From positions 69,626,001 to 69,690,000 of the forward strand of contig OX597832.1 of the NCBI GenBank assembly GCA_951406725.2: DNA of 64,000 nt. Direction: 5' to 3'. This stretch comes from Octopus vulgaris (lineage: Eukaryota). This document shows, in pieces, positions 28,429 to 41,100 of the stretch (its first letter is position 1; each line of letters starts with the position of its first letter). The position numbers were made by a program, and so were the translations under genes. The notes beneath the pieces are model-generated. The model was not told the origin of the DNA, did not search any database, and saw only the letters and a program-made list of their open reading frames with translations.

Positions 28429-29013
28429 CTAAGAGACACCACCATGCCGAAATAGCACCCTTATTCTTAGTTGTAAAAAATTATTACCTTTGTATGGTAT
28501 TTATTCCCATGCTGGCCACTTGATAATATCGATATTTAAATATTGATATTATCCTTATTTATATATATATATAGTTCGTCACTATATTCACTGCGGTGTT
28601 TATTTTGACCAAATCGTGCGGGCAATTTAACTGGCCTTGTACATACGTGCATATATATGTATGTATGGACGTTCGTATATGTAAGTATAACGTTTGTTCT
28701 GTGTATATATATTTGTATTAATGTGCCCATCTGATATATTCAAATGATGAAGGCAGAGCTTATTTGAAGCAAAACTAGAAATCCAGGATCTTGAATTATT
28801 CAGTAATATCTTTTTGCTAGTCTATTTTGTCTCTCTGTCTTATCTCATGGTGCGATATGAACATTTAAGGTGGTTTTTAGAGTCAGGGATTTGACTGATA
28901 TTTCGGCATGGTGGTGTCTCTTAGACACCCTTATTTTTAGATCTAAAAAATTATTAACTTTGTATGGTATTTATTCCCATGCTGGCCAGTTGATAATATC
29001 GATATTATCCTTA

Positions 29014-29014
<1 letters not shown>
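28429..29014 (+). repeat. Two copies of a PLE-terminal-like repeat (28456-28560 and 28926-29014); the adjacent 26-bp segment is in opposite orientation in the two copies
   Basis: ctaagagacaccaccatgccgaaata at 28429-28454 is the exact reverse complement of 28899-28924, while the downstream sequence is a direct repeat. Confidence 0.8.
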
Positions 29015-29070
<56 letters not shown>

Positions 29071-29071
<1 letters not shown>

Positions 29072-29741
29072 GTTAATCCAAACAAGAAAGCACAAAAAAC
29101 ACAACAACGCGAGGACGTGGAACAAATATAGTATTATTGGACGCTCAGGAAAGAAGAAAAGAAGGAGGGTGTAACGTTTCGAGCGGAGCTCTTCGTCGGA
29201 AACATAGGAGAAGGAAAGATCCAGAGAAGGGAAGACAGAGGAAAAAAATCGCCAACGGTACACACGAGGTCACATTTTGAAAGAGCGGAAGGAAATGGGT
29301 GAAGAAAGGTGTTTTCAAAGACAGAAGAGTAGTTCTGTCAAAGACAGGAGAATGGTAGAGAAGGAGGAATGTGTGTGTAAGTGTGGATATGTGCGTGCGC
29401 GGTGGTCTGCGTGTGCGTGTGTGTGTATGTGTGTATGTGTGCAATGATGACACGTGTGTATGTGTGTGTGGTTGTGGCTGTTAAACAAAGCGTGTAGTAG
29501 GGCTAGTAGTGTGAAGGTCGAGGAGGAAGGAAGGAGGGAGGAAGAAGGTGTGGTGCCTTTTGTTTCTACCACAGGTCAGTACTGCTAGTTTGAAGTATGT
29601 GTGTGTGCGTGTATGTATATGTATCGTGTGTGTGTTTTGTTTGTAGTGTGTGTGTGTGTGTGTGTGTATGGGATGTATGTGTGGGTTCATTTGTGTGTGT
29701 GTGTGTATGTATGTGCGTGCGTGTCGTATGTGCGTGTAGTT
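29071..29741 (-). mobile_element. Non-autonomous PLE-like element, copy 2
   Basis: Homologous to 2781-3576 with the same terminus (agttaatccaaacaag) on a (TA)n tract. Confidence 0.65.
29169..29203 (-). ncRNA. Minimal hammerhead motif, CCGACGA core variant
   Basis: Reverse complement: gttt CCGACGA A GAGC-TCC-GCTC GAAA CGTT acac; core identical to 2855-2889. Confidence 0.55.
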
Positions 29742-29745
29742 ATAA

Positions 29746-29777
<32 letters not shown>

Positions 29778-30610
29778 ATGTATGTATGAATGTATGTATG
29801 TATGTATGTATGTATGTATCTATCTATCTATCTATCTATATATATATATATATGTATATATGTATATATGTATATATGTCCGGCGTATGCGTGTGTTTGT
29901 GTTATCAATATTTAGCAGAAGCAACATAGTTACTCAATTTCCGAGAGTTTGGTAAGTGCTAATACACGAAATTGCGGGACCTTGATTTACTCTGCAATTC
30001 TGCTAAATCTTAATAAAAATATACATCTAATATAATAAAAGGAAAAACTAATTTCTGTGTGTCAGTGTGTCACACTTACCCCCCCCCCCACCACCATCTA
30101 ACACTATTCAATGCTACTCTTACTATTCCTCGTAATGGGGTGAGAGTTATAGTAGGCATAGAGGAAGTGAGGGCAGTAGGGAAGACAGACTGAAAGAGAG
30201 AAAGAAAAAGAGAGGGAGAGAAAGAGAGTCAAAGAAATTTAGGGTGAGTTAGTGATGTTTTATTAAAGAAGTAGTATTGATGGTGGCAGTGTGAGTAATA
30301 ATAAAAGAGAGAGAAAGAGTTGTTATGTGAGAGAAATAGTGAGAAGATGTACAACTTTGTTTAAACATGTCTCTTTGACAGAAATTCCTGTCGCCAACAT
30401 ACTGAATACTATCATATTAGTGATGACCGAACCTCACCCTTCTTTTCAATATTTTCCTCATCCTAGAAAAGTTCACCATCCCTGAACTCATGCTTCATTC
30501 CAGCAGCTATACAATGGTAAAAAACTAAATAAATAAATGGTAAAAAGCATTCCAAATCAAAATGAGATCTCTCCCCCTCCCTCTATCTACTTCTCTACCT
30601 ATCTAACCTT

Positions 30611-31180
30611 ACAAACACTTTCCTCTCTGGTCAATCTCTCATCAACTTCTTCAAGTATCACTTGAAGAGGAAAGTGAGGGTAGAGAGGCAAGTTTTGTCT
30701 AGTGAATGTTTTAAAAAAAGATGGGTGAATGTAGCAAGGATGGCACGTATGAATGACGAAGTCACCTTGACTATGATTCTATGAACCATAAAAATTAATA
30801 CAGAGAGTTGCTTATTTGCAAAAAAAAAAAAAAAAGAGAAATATAACATGTGACTTCATTGACCGAGGTTACCGTGGTCTTTTCCGTAGGCTTTTCTTTC
30901 CACGGGTAAACCTCACCTGTCCTCCCCTTTACACTTCATATTGACATTTCTGTGATAACGATCCCTATTATTCATTTTTTTTTCTCTCCCCCCATTTTTT
31001 TAACCCCCTCCCTTTTTTTGTCCTTTTTCTTTCCTTTTACGATCCCTTTTGATCGAAAACCACCACTCTCTTTTTTTTACCCCCAAAAGAAAAGCTCTAC
31101 CTTGTAATTTGTTCTATCTGTGTGCAGCCCTGTGTGGCTAATAAAGAAACATATCTATCTATCTATCTATCTATCTCTAT
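30611..31180 (+). mobile_element. 5'-truncated L1/Tx1-type non-LTR element: ORF2 C-terminus, 3' UTR, AATAAA and (TATC)n tail
   Basis: Open frame 30611-30784 TNTFLSGQSLINFFKYHLKRKVRVERQVLSSECFKKRWVNVARMARMNDEVTLTMIL* with the terminal F..RW motif; pyrimidine-rich UTR; AATAAA at 31140-31145. Confidence 0.55.
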
Positions 31181-31353
31181 TGTGGTGGTGGTGGTCGTAA
31201 CGAGGGTAGTCAGAGATGATGGTGATAATAAGTTATGTGAAAGGTACTGGTAGTGGTGATGGGGTGGCGTCAGAAGTCTGAATGGTTTGTACATGGCAGT
31301 TGTTGTGGCGATGGTGATAGTACTGATGATGGTGATGGTTGAAAACAATCAAC

Positions 31354-31394
<41 letters not shown>

Positions 31395-31650
31395 AAAAAT
31401 TGCACTGATACCTGAATGAGAAGACAAAAAAATGTTTATAATGCAGCTTTGCAATAAGTTCCAAATCGACAAATTATATTATTGTCTTCATGAAAATTGT
31501 TTATTGCTTGAAAAATATTGGTTAACTTTAATAAAATTTAATATGTACTCAATGCGTGGAGTGTCATTGTTGGGCGCAAGGCCTAATGAAGCGCCCTCCA
31601 TAGTCAGGCCGCTTATTTACATTTGACGGATATTTATCCTCATCTTGTTT

Positions 31651-31700
31651 GTTGTTAACATGTTTCAGCTGACATACCCTCCAGCCTTTCATCAGGTGTC
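31651..31700 (-). ncRNA. Hammerhead motif with canonical core in a PLE-terminal-like repeat
   Basis: Reverse complement: gacac CTGATGA aa GGCTG-gagggtatgt-CAGCT GAAA CATG TT; palindromic ACATGT helix III; helix I partner missing. Confidence 0.55.
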
Positions 31701-31755
31701 TTGAGAAAATTTCGAACTGGGTTCTCATTCCTAAGATATTTTTCGATGTTGTTGA

Positions 31756-31789
<34 letters not shown>

Positions 31790-31902
31790 CTTCTTCTTCT
31801 TCTTCTTCTTCTTCTTCTTCTTCTTCTTCTTCTTCTTCTTCTTCTTCTTCTTCTTCTATTCTTATTATTTTATTCGCAAAGTATTCCATGTATATATATT
31901 TA

Positions 31903-32230
31903 GACATCCATTGAAAAGAACGCACTAGTATACCAATAAGAAACTTGATGGAAATGTTGACCTTCTGTGTAGAAACTACCTACTTCATTATGGATACCGA
32001 TATATATCGACAACAAGAGGGTTGAGCTATGGGCTCGCCATTATCACCGATAATAGCCTATATATACATGGAATATTTGAGAATTTGGTTTTAGGATCAA
32101 CAGCACTAAAATGAAACCTGTGGCTGCGATAATTTGATGACACCTTCATACTCTGGCCCCACCAGGATGATGTCCAAGTGTTGTTAGATCATGTGAACTC
32201 AATAAAGCTGTCCATACAGTTCGTAATGGT
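31903..32230 (+). pseudogene. Penelope-like element reverse transcriptase fragment
   Basis: RTSIPIRNLMEMLTFCVETTYFIMDTDIYRQQEG*AMGSPLSPIIAYIYMEYL then LWLR*FDDTFILWPHQ..LLDHVNSIKLSIQFVM, matching PLE motifs GxAMGSPLSP and WxRYVDD; stops and a frameshift. Confidence 0.85.
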
Positions 32231-32544
32231 AAAAATGCCGAGCAGCCCTTCTTGTTTGCTTTCACTCTTCTATTTTTGTTACCAACTTTGACCCTCCGCA
32301 ATATCTCAAATTTTATTTTATTTGCTTTCCGGGATCACCGGATTTGTTGAAGACTTATTTGTCGTGAATTGCTCGAAATACGGAGTAGAAAAACATCCGA
32401 CAACTGATGAAGGGTCATTTTTTATGTTGCTAGTCTTGTTTTCCATTTGTCTCTATCGTTGTTCCACAAAATAGTTCATATCCCATGTTTACGTATTTCA
32501 TATTTCATGTTGTTTACGTTCTTCGACGTCACGTCCTGTACCCA
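32231..32544 (+). mobile_element. Putative PLE 3' terminal region with decayed hammerhead-like boxes, ending on a TA-rich tract
   Basis: TTGAAGA...GCTCGAAATACGGAGTA at about 32347-32387 and CTGATGA at 32404-32410, directly after the RT fragment. Confidence 0.35.
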
Positions 32545-32611
32545 TATATGCATATGTATATACATATATATGTAAGGATGTAGATATATGTATTTATATA
32601 TGCATATATAA

Positions 32612-32663
<52 letters not shown>

Positions 32664-32690
32664 ATATACATATACATATATGCACACACG

Positions 32691-32729
<39 letters not shown>

Positions 32730-33237
32730 GAATGAATGTATGTATAGGCATGTAAATTTATCTGTCTATATCTATACATATATGTACACGTCTCTGTTAA
32801 CTATTAGAGTTTCTAGTCATTAGATTACTATAAATATTTTAATTTACCTTCTAATATAAATGCCACAAATTTTTGTTTGTTTAATTTCCTTCACATGAAA
32901 TGTTGAAGTAAATGTTATTGGAACTCATTTTATCTAATTCTGCTTCCAATGCTTTTGTTGAGTTTACATTTCAATTTTGCAATATCGCTTGGAATATTTT
33001 GATCATTTTGAAAAAAATTACTTTGGTTATTGAATATATTACTAATGCAACTGATGATATATTAGCGATTTAGTTTTCGTATATTTGTGTATGTGTGTGT
33101 GTGTGTATGCGTGTGAGTGTGTCTGTGTGTGTACACATATATATATGTATGTATATACGCATGTATGTATATGTATGTAAGAATATATGTACTTATATAT
33201 ATATAATTTTCCCATTATGTATATATATATATGTATG

Positions 33238-33277
<40 letters not shown>

Positions 33278-33286
33278 TATATACAT

Positions 33287-33319
<33 letters not shown>

Positions 33320-33842
33320 CATAATGGGAAAATTATATATAAGTACATATATTCTTACATACATATACATACATGCGTATATACATACATACATATATAT
33401 ATGTGTACACACACAGACACACTCACACGCACACACACACACACACACATACACAAATATATATATGTACGCATAATGTATGAAATATATGTACGCATAA
33501 TGTTTGAAAAATGAAAATGAATAGGTATCCATGCAAATTTAGGTGAAATGTGTATAATTATCGGATATTTTCATACAAGAAATTAATTGTTTATATATGT
33601 ATTTATGCAGCTATTTACATAAGTGTGCATATACTGTAAATATCACTTTAGTATCAAATCCAGACATAAATTTTTAGTTCAAAAATGGTACCAATCTATC
33701 TACCTATCTGCCTACCTATATATGTATCAATATGCACATGTATATACGTGTGTGTGTGTGTGCGTGTGTCTGTGTTTGTGGGTGTGTGTGTGTGTATTTT
33801 TATACAGACGCTCACACACACACAAATATATATATATATTAA

Positions 33843-34660
33843 TCGGTTTCGCACTTGGGCTTCATCGGAGTGTTAGGTAACAGTCCAATTATGTAAACCT
33901 GCACTCTTCAGAGATGGGAGTCAGGAGGGTCGGAGCTGGGGGGATTGGTAATTATAGCCACGAGAGGAAACGCCTCTCCGACCCTCCCACAATCACTGCG
34001 TGGGAATCCAGCAAAGAGCTTAATCAGAACATATATAAACGCACTCACACACGCCCTAACATGGGGGACATCGACGCAAGAGATCTTTTATCACCACCAA
34101 CAATATAAGCCCATGTTCATATTCCATGCATACATAAATGCCTCAAAGAATTTAACCAATTGTTTTAGCCAAAACATTAAAGGATTAAAAAAACACATTA
34201 ACGAACACAGATGTGTATACGGTATTTGTCCCCGTAAATGTGTTGCTCTTCTAGTGCACTACGCCTATTCCAATTGTACAAGAACACCAACGCTAAAACA
34301 GATACACATTTCTCATACACTCGTTTACAGAAAACCGTTGTTGTCCCCAGAGTTAGTTTAGTGTATGTGTGTTTGTTTGTGTGTATTTGTATGTGTATGT
34401 GTGGTTGTGTGTGTTTGTGTACTTATATATATGTAGCAAAGGACATGACTGTTAACGCAACCCTTGCTCAGATAATTGCATCGTCTTTTTCACAACAACC
34501 ACAAACTGGTCGTGTTTGTTCACCTCCAACTTCAGAGAGTAGTCGCTATATTTCATTCCATAAATGAAATCTCTGAAGAGTGCAAGGTTACATGATCAGA
34601 CTGTTAGCTAACACTCCGTTGAATCCCCTAGCCCGAAACCGACTTGTGGGATCGCCAAAA
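33843..34660. mobile_element. PLE relic bounded by inverted terminal-repeat copies (33843-33914 and 34569-34642)
   Basis: Both arms read atctctgaagagtgca.g.ttacat.at..gactgtta.ctaacactccg.tgaa.ccc....cgaaaccga; internal KSLIRTYINALTHALTWGTSTQEI resembles PLE thumb motif S.IR.Y.RRALTHCS.W...HQE. Confidence 0.6.
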
Positions 34661-34779
34661 TGGATATATAACGCTATACACTTCTATTAATATACCCACT
34701 CTACAGACAACTATACGAGTACATTTTTTCTGATTTATGGACTCTTTTACATATATATATATATAATTATAATTATAAA

Positions 34780-34910
34780 AAGACGAAGAAAAGCACAGAA
34801 AAAAACAACAACGTGAGGACCTGGTATATGCAAAGTATTAATAAGACACTCAGAGAAGGAAAGAAAGGGTGTTTCACGTTTCCAGCAAAGCTCTGCTTCT
34901 GAAACAGGAG
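34780..34910 (-). mobile_element. Older, shorter copy of the 2781/29071 element terminus with a decayed hammerhead
   Basis: aaagcacagaaaaaaacaacaacgtgaggac...cacgtttccagcaaagctctgcttctgaaacaggag aligns to 29085-29210. Confidence 0.6.
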
Positions 34911-34940
34911 ACTATGGACCTGTATGTTATTATACACACA

Positions 34941-34989
<49 letters not shown>

Positions 34990-36043
34990 GAATGCACGCA
35001 AACACACAAGCACGAATGCATGTACACACACATACGCACATAGAAATAATAGTATAAATTATGGATTTGGAATGCCATGCGTTTATTCTTCATTCGGAAT
35101 TGGTTCTCAGTTTAATGGGGAATCACTCATAGCGTAGTGTAATATGATGCGTCCGTGTTATCTGATGAGTCTACTTTCTTTCTTTGCGTTAGACTTCCGT
35201 TGTATAATACTGAACATACACATTAATTCAAATGTGTACGCTCAATTTTTGCCTACTGTATTTCATACTCTAGGAAGAAGGTTACGTCATGGCTGAATTC
35301 GTATGTAACTCGTAATTAATATTTTTCTCTACTCACGAATAAACATCAACAGCAGTGTGTATGCGTTTACTAAAGCACCTTTATGTTTTGCCCCAAATTG
35401 CACGACAGTATCGATTTGGACACAAGTGAAAATGGTATAAAAATTAGAAAGCTCTATCTCTTTTTAATATTTTTTCTTTGGGTACTTGTGCCGAATGTTT
35501 GGTATAAATTCTACGTTTAATCGGACGAGTTGTTTAGCTTGTAACAAGATAAAAACAAAACTAAAGATACAAACATAAACATAAACATAAGAAATTCTTT
35601 CAGACTGATTATCAAACACAATATAACTAAAACTAGTCTCGTAGGAACATTACTAACAGAAGCAAATCAAACCATTCTTCATTTGATATAACGAGAATAT
35701 TTGTTAAACGATATTGATTAACTGATTCTTAAACTACAGTTTGTTCGCTGAGTGAAATTCTATATGTTCAATGTAAAAGTAGTCTTTCGATAGATAGAAT
35801 GGAATGAGAAAGAGAATAGGTTTCTGGTTTGTGAAGCCATTTTTTAACGTTTCATCAATTTTCAAGATTTTTGTTTATATATACATATATATTACATTTT
35901 TGCTTTATACTTATTTTTTCTCTGCATACGTTTTGCTTAATACAAACGTTAATAGTTATTTGTGTAACAGAAATAACTTAAAAGCATTTTCTCCAAAATC
36001 ACTAGGTGTATATGTGTATATGTATATATATATATATATATGA

Positions 36044-36118
<75 letters not shown>

Positions 36119-36428
36119 AATATATATATATATATACATATACGCGCACATATATATGTGCATTTATGTGTTTATCTATCATTACATCTATTTATTTAAA
36201 TGTATATATATGAGTGTGTGTGTGTAAAATCTTATAAAAATTACATATATAAATATATGTTACCTATATACATACATTCATTTCATACATATAACACATT
36301 ATTCTGTTTTATGTTCAGATACCAAACAGTCGTTTAAGTATTTCATACTATGTTGTATTATATTAATGAAAGAGTGTAATTATCATGGTTTTGTAAAGAC
36401 TATTTGAAATCATTTTTTTTTCGATTGC

Positions 36429-36479
36429 AAACACTGATGAAGGATATCGCTCTTACCTTGGAAAGCACTGATTTTGTTT
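36429..36479 (+). ncRNA. Degenerate hammerhead-like motif
   Basis: aaaca CTGATGA AGG...CCT tg GAAA gcactgattt tgttt; 5-bp helix I, imperfect helices II and III. Confidence 0.35.
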
Positions 36480-37724
36480 CTCTTTCCTCGACGTAAATAA
36501 ATGTCACCAAAGCACTGGAGCTGAGTTCATCTTTTGTCCTCTCCGTAATTTGACAGACGTTTTGGTTTTATTTAGTTTTATTTCTTCTAGTTGTTCGCGT
36601 TGCGAGTTCAATGCCCCACCCCAACAATAGCAAATAAACAATCACTAGTCAGTCAATGGGTTTAATCGGTTTGGTTAACCTCGACACCAAGGTTTCGGGC
36701 TTCTGGCTATGTTAGTGGCGATTGAAGGCTAAGGGTTCGCAAATTAATTAAAGCATAGCAAATATCTATTGCCCTGTTTATTTATTCTCATTATGTTCAG
36801 AGTTTAAATCCCGCAGAAGACCACTCACTCTCGTATTCTTTATGAGTCGTTAAAATAAAATACCTGTCAAGTACACGTTTAAATATAATTTTCTACAATT
36901 TGGTATTGCCCCCTAATTTGGCTTAACAAAGGGAAAAATTAGTTTCGAGCTTTATTTTGGCTGAAACTAAAGTTTCTTTTTGCGTCAGTGGCGGTAATTC
37001 ATTTTATGCCCCGATTACAAAACCATAACAGAAACTGGACAAAGATTTGACACACAGAAAACATCTGAAAATAGAAGCAGAGTAGTGATTAAAACGCAGA
37101 GTGATTAAAACGCAAAATGGTAATTCTTAAAGGAAAATTATGCAAGCATTTTCTCTGCAATGTGTAGAAATCATGTTCACAACAACAACAACGAAAGTAT
37201 CCCCTTCTAGCAAAATCCTCCTTCGCAGTTATGAAGATTGGGAACAAACAGATGGCAATGCGGAGACTTAAAGTTTCTAAAAGAAGAAAGGTCTTTAAAA
37301 TGTTGTATCTTCACCTCCATTGAAGCAAAACTTCACACCTTTGAGGAAGAACGCTCTTCTTTTGAAGGGAGGACCAAAATCAATTAAAGTTGACCTAAAC
37401 CCTAAACGGGATGAAGTTCAAAAGCTTTTGAAACAAGAACCCTTTAAGAATCTAGTATAATACCAAACCGAAGTGCAAATCGTGTGTAATAACAATAACA
37501 ATGCTGCGGACAATTATATGGACATTATGATTACGAATACTAATAATATAAATAATACAATTCGTGACAGTGACTACGCCAACGTTGGCATCAATGGTGA
37601 TTAACGCAAAAGAACAAAACCAGGCATACGTAAAGAAAAATGTTTTTCCAGCGTAGCTGTGAACTAGAACCCGTACCCACCGAGTTGAGAAGAAAGTTCC
37701 ACGAAGTGCGTCATGAAATATATG

Positions 37725-37756
<32 letters not shown>

Positions 37757-37868
37757 GGGGTAGAATTCACAAAAAGAAAAAACAAAAGACGAAGACAGGT
37801 GGTGTAGACAACAAACAGATGTATTAACAACGCTCGGGAAGTGAAAAAGTGCTCAGTGACCCTCACTG

Positions 37869-37921
<53 letters not shown>

Positions 37922-38151
37922 ATGTATATATATATGTATGTATACATTATGGGGCACAGCGACGAAACTAATGCTGAACTATTGTGACGGACTCTTTATT
38001 CTTCAATTAACTGTCGTAAGAAAACCACTGACCGAATGGTACCTGTCTGACATATATCCCTTCACCTGGGTCTGAGTAATAGCTATTTCAAAATTTCCAC
38101 CCTTTCTGCCCCACCCACGATGTATGTATGTATATATATACCTACATATAT

Positions 38152-41100
38152 GTACTGACAGCTTGCTGTCGTGTTCAAATGATCTCATCACTGACAACCT
38201 GTTGGTTTTTAGCTCCATCGTCCCTTAATTCCGACCGACCTGTTCGCTGGCAGTCCTGGCCATTTTTATTTTTTTATTCTGCTACACGATGACCGAGACG
38301 CAAAGCTAAGAACATTTTTCTCTTTCTTCTCCCTCTTTTTTCCACTCCAAACATCCTAAACGTTTTCAGTACTGACAGCTTGCTGTCGTGTTTAAATGAT
38401 CTCATCACTGACAACCTGTTGGTTTTTAGCTCCATCGTCCCTTAATTCCGACCGACCTGTTCGCTGGCAATCCTGGCCATTTTTATTTTTTATTCTGCCA
38501 CACGATGACCGAGACGCAAAGCTAAGAACATTTTTCTCTTTCTTCTCCCTCTTTTTTCCACTCCAAATATCCTAAACGTCTTCAGTACTGACAGCTTGCT
38601 GTCGTGTTTAAATGATCTCATCACTGACAACCTGTTGGTTTTTAGCTCCATCGTCCCTTAATTCCGACCGACCTGTTCGCTGGCAGTCCTGGCCATTTTT
38701 ATTTTTTATTCTGCCACACGATGACCGAGACGCAAAGCTAAGAACATTTTTCTCTTTCTTCTCCCTCTTTTTTCCACTCCAAATATCCTAAACGTCTTCA
38801 GTACTGACAGCTTGCTGTCGTGTTTAAATGATCTCATCACTGACAACCTGTTGGTTTTTAGCTCCATCGTCCCTTAATTCCGACCGACCTGTTCGCTGGC
38901 AAGTCCTGGCCATTTTTATTTTTTATTCTGCCACACGATGACCGAGACGCAAAGCTAAGAACATTTTTCTCTTTCTTCTCCCTCTTTTTTCCACTCCAAA
39001 TATCCTAAACGTTTTCAGTACTGACAGCTTGCTGTCGTGTTTAAATGATCTCATCACTGACAACCTGTTGGTTTTTAGCTCCATCGTCCCTTAATTCCGA
39101 CCGACCAGTTCGCTGGCAGTCCTGGCCATTTTTTCTTTTTTATTCTGCCACACGATGACCGAGACGCAAAGCTAAGAACATTTTTCTCTTTCTTCTCCCT
39201 CTTTTTCCACTCCAAATATCCGAAACGTTTTCAGTACTGACAGCTAGCTGTCGTGTTTAAATGATCTCATCACTGACAACCTGTTGGTTTTTAGCTCCAT
39301 GGTCCCTTAATTCCGACCGACCTGTTCGCTGGCAGTCCTGGCCATTTTTATTTTTATTCTGCTACACGATGACCGAGACGCAAAGCTAAGAACATTTTTC
39401 TCTTTCTTCTCCCTCTTTTTCCACTCCAAATATCCTAAACGTTTTCAGTACTGACAGCTTGCTGTCGTGTTTAAATGATCTCATCACTGACAACCTGTTG
39501 GTTTTTAGCTCCATCGTCCCTTAATTCCGACCGACCTGTTCGCTGGCAATCCTGGCCATTTTTATTTTTTATTCTGCCACACGATGACCGAGACGCAAAG
39601 CTAAGAACATTTTTCTCTTTCTTCTCCCTCTTTTTTTCCACTCCAAATATCCTAAACGTCTTCAGTACTGACAGCTTGCTGTCGTGTTTAAATGATCTCA
39701 TCACTGACAACCTGTTGGTTTTTAGCTCCATCGTCCCTTAATTCCGACCGACCTGTTCGCTGGCAATCCTGGCCATTTTTATTTTTTATTCTGCCACACG
39801 ATGACCGAGACGCAAAGCTAAGAACATTTTTCTCTTTCTTCTCCCTCTTTTTTCCACTCCAAATATCCTAAACGTTTTCAGTACTGACAGCTTGCTGTCG
39901 TGTTTAAATGATCTCATCACTGACAACCTGTTGGTTTTTAGCTCCATCGTCCCTTAATTCCGACCGACCTGTTCGCTGGCAATCCTGGCCATTTTTATTT
40001 TTTATTCTGCCACACGATGACCGAGACGCAAAGCTAAGAACATTTTTCTCTTTCTTCTCCCTCTTTTTTCCACTCCAAATATCCTAAACGTTTTCAGTAC
40101 TGACAGCTTGCTGTCGTGTTTAAATGATCTCATCACTGACAACCTGTTGGTTTTTAGCTCCATCGTCCCTTAATTCCGACCGACCTGTTCGCTGGCAATC
40201 CTGGCCATTTTTATTTTTTATTCTGCCACACGATGACCGAGACGCAAAGCTAAGAACATTTTTCTCTTTCTTCTCCCTCTTTTTTCCACTCCAAATATCC
40301 TAAACGTTTTCAGTACTGACAGCTTGCTGTCGTGTTTAAATGATCTCATCGCTGACAACCTGTTGGTTTTTAGCTCCATCGTCCCTTAATTCCGACCGAC
40401 CTGTTCGCTGGCAATCCTGGCCATTTTTATTTTTTATTCTGCCACACGATGACCGAGACGCAAAGCTAAGAACATTTTTCTCTTTCTTCTCCCTCTTTTT
40501 TCCACTCCAAATATCCTAAACGTTTTCAGTACTGACAGCTTGCTGTCGTGTTTAAATGATCTCATCGCTGACAACCTGTTGGTTTTTAGCTCCATCGTCC
40601 CTTAATTCCGACCGACCTGTTCGCTGGCAATCCTGGCCATTTTTATTTTTTATTCTGCCACACGATGACCGAGACGCAAAGCTAAGAACATTTTTCTCTT
40701 TCTTCTCCCTCTTTTTTCCACTCCAAATATCCTAAACGTTTTCAGTACTGACAGCTTGCTGTCGTGTTTAAATGATCTCATCACTGACAACCTGTTGGTT
40801 TTTAGCTCCATCGTCCCTTAATTCCGACCGACCTGTTCGCTGGCAATCCTGGCCATTTTTATTTTTTATTCTGCCACACGATGACCGAGACGCAAAGCTA
40901 AGAACATTTTTCTCTTTCTTCTCCCTCTTTTTTCCACTCCAAATATCCTAAACGTTTTCAGTACTGACAGCTTGCTGTCGTGTTTAAATGATCTCATCGC
41001 TGACAACCTGTTGGTTTTTAGCTCCATCGTCCCTTAATTCCGACCGACCTGGCAATCCTGGCCATTTTTATTTTTTATTCTGCCACACGATGACCGAGAC

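Noticed and set aside
30026-30702. Helitron with a TC start at 30026 and a CTAG end at 30702
   Set aside because: The 5' end looks Helitron-like, but the CTAG lies within the Tx1-like coding fragment and has no subterminal hairpin.
32023-32025. In-frame TGA in the PLE RT (QQEG*AMGSP) as selenocysteine, as reported for some Naiad PLEs
   Set aside because: The same fragment has a TAA in the YVDD motif and a frameshift, so ordinary decay explains it.
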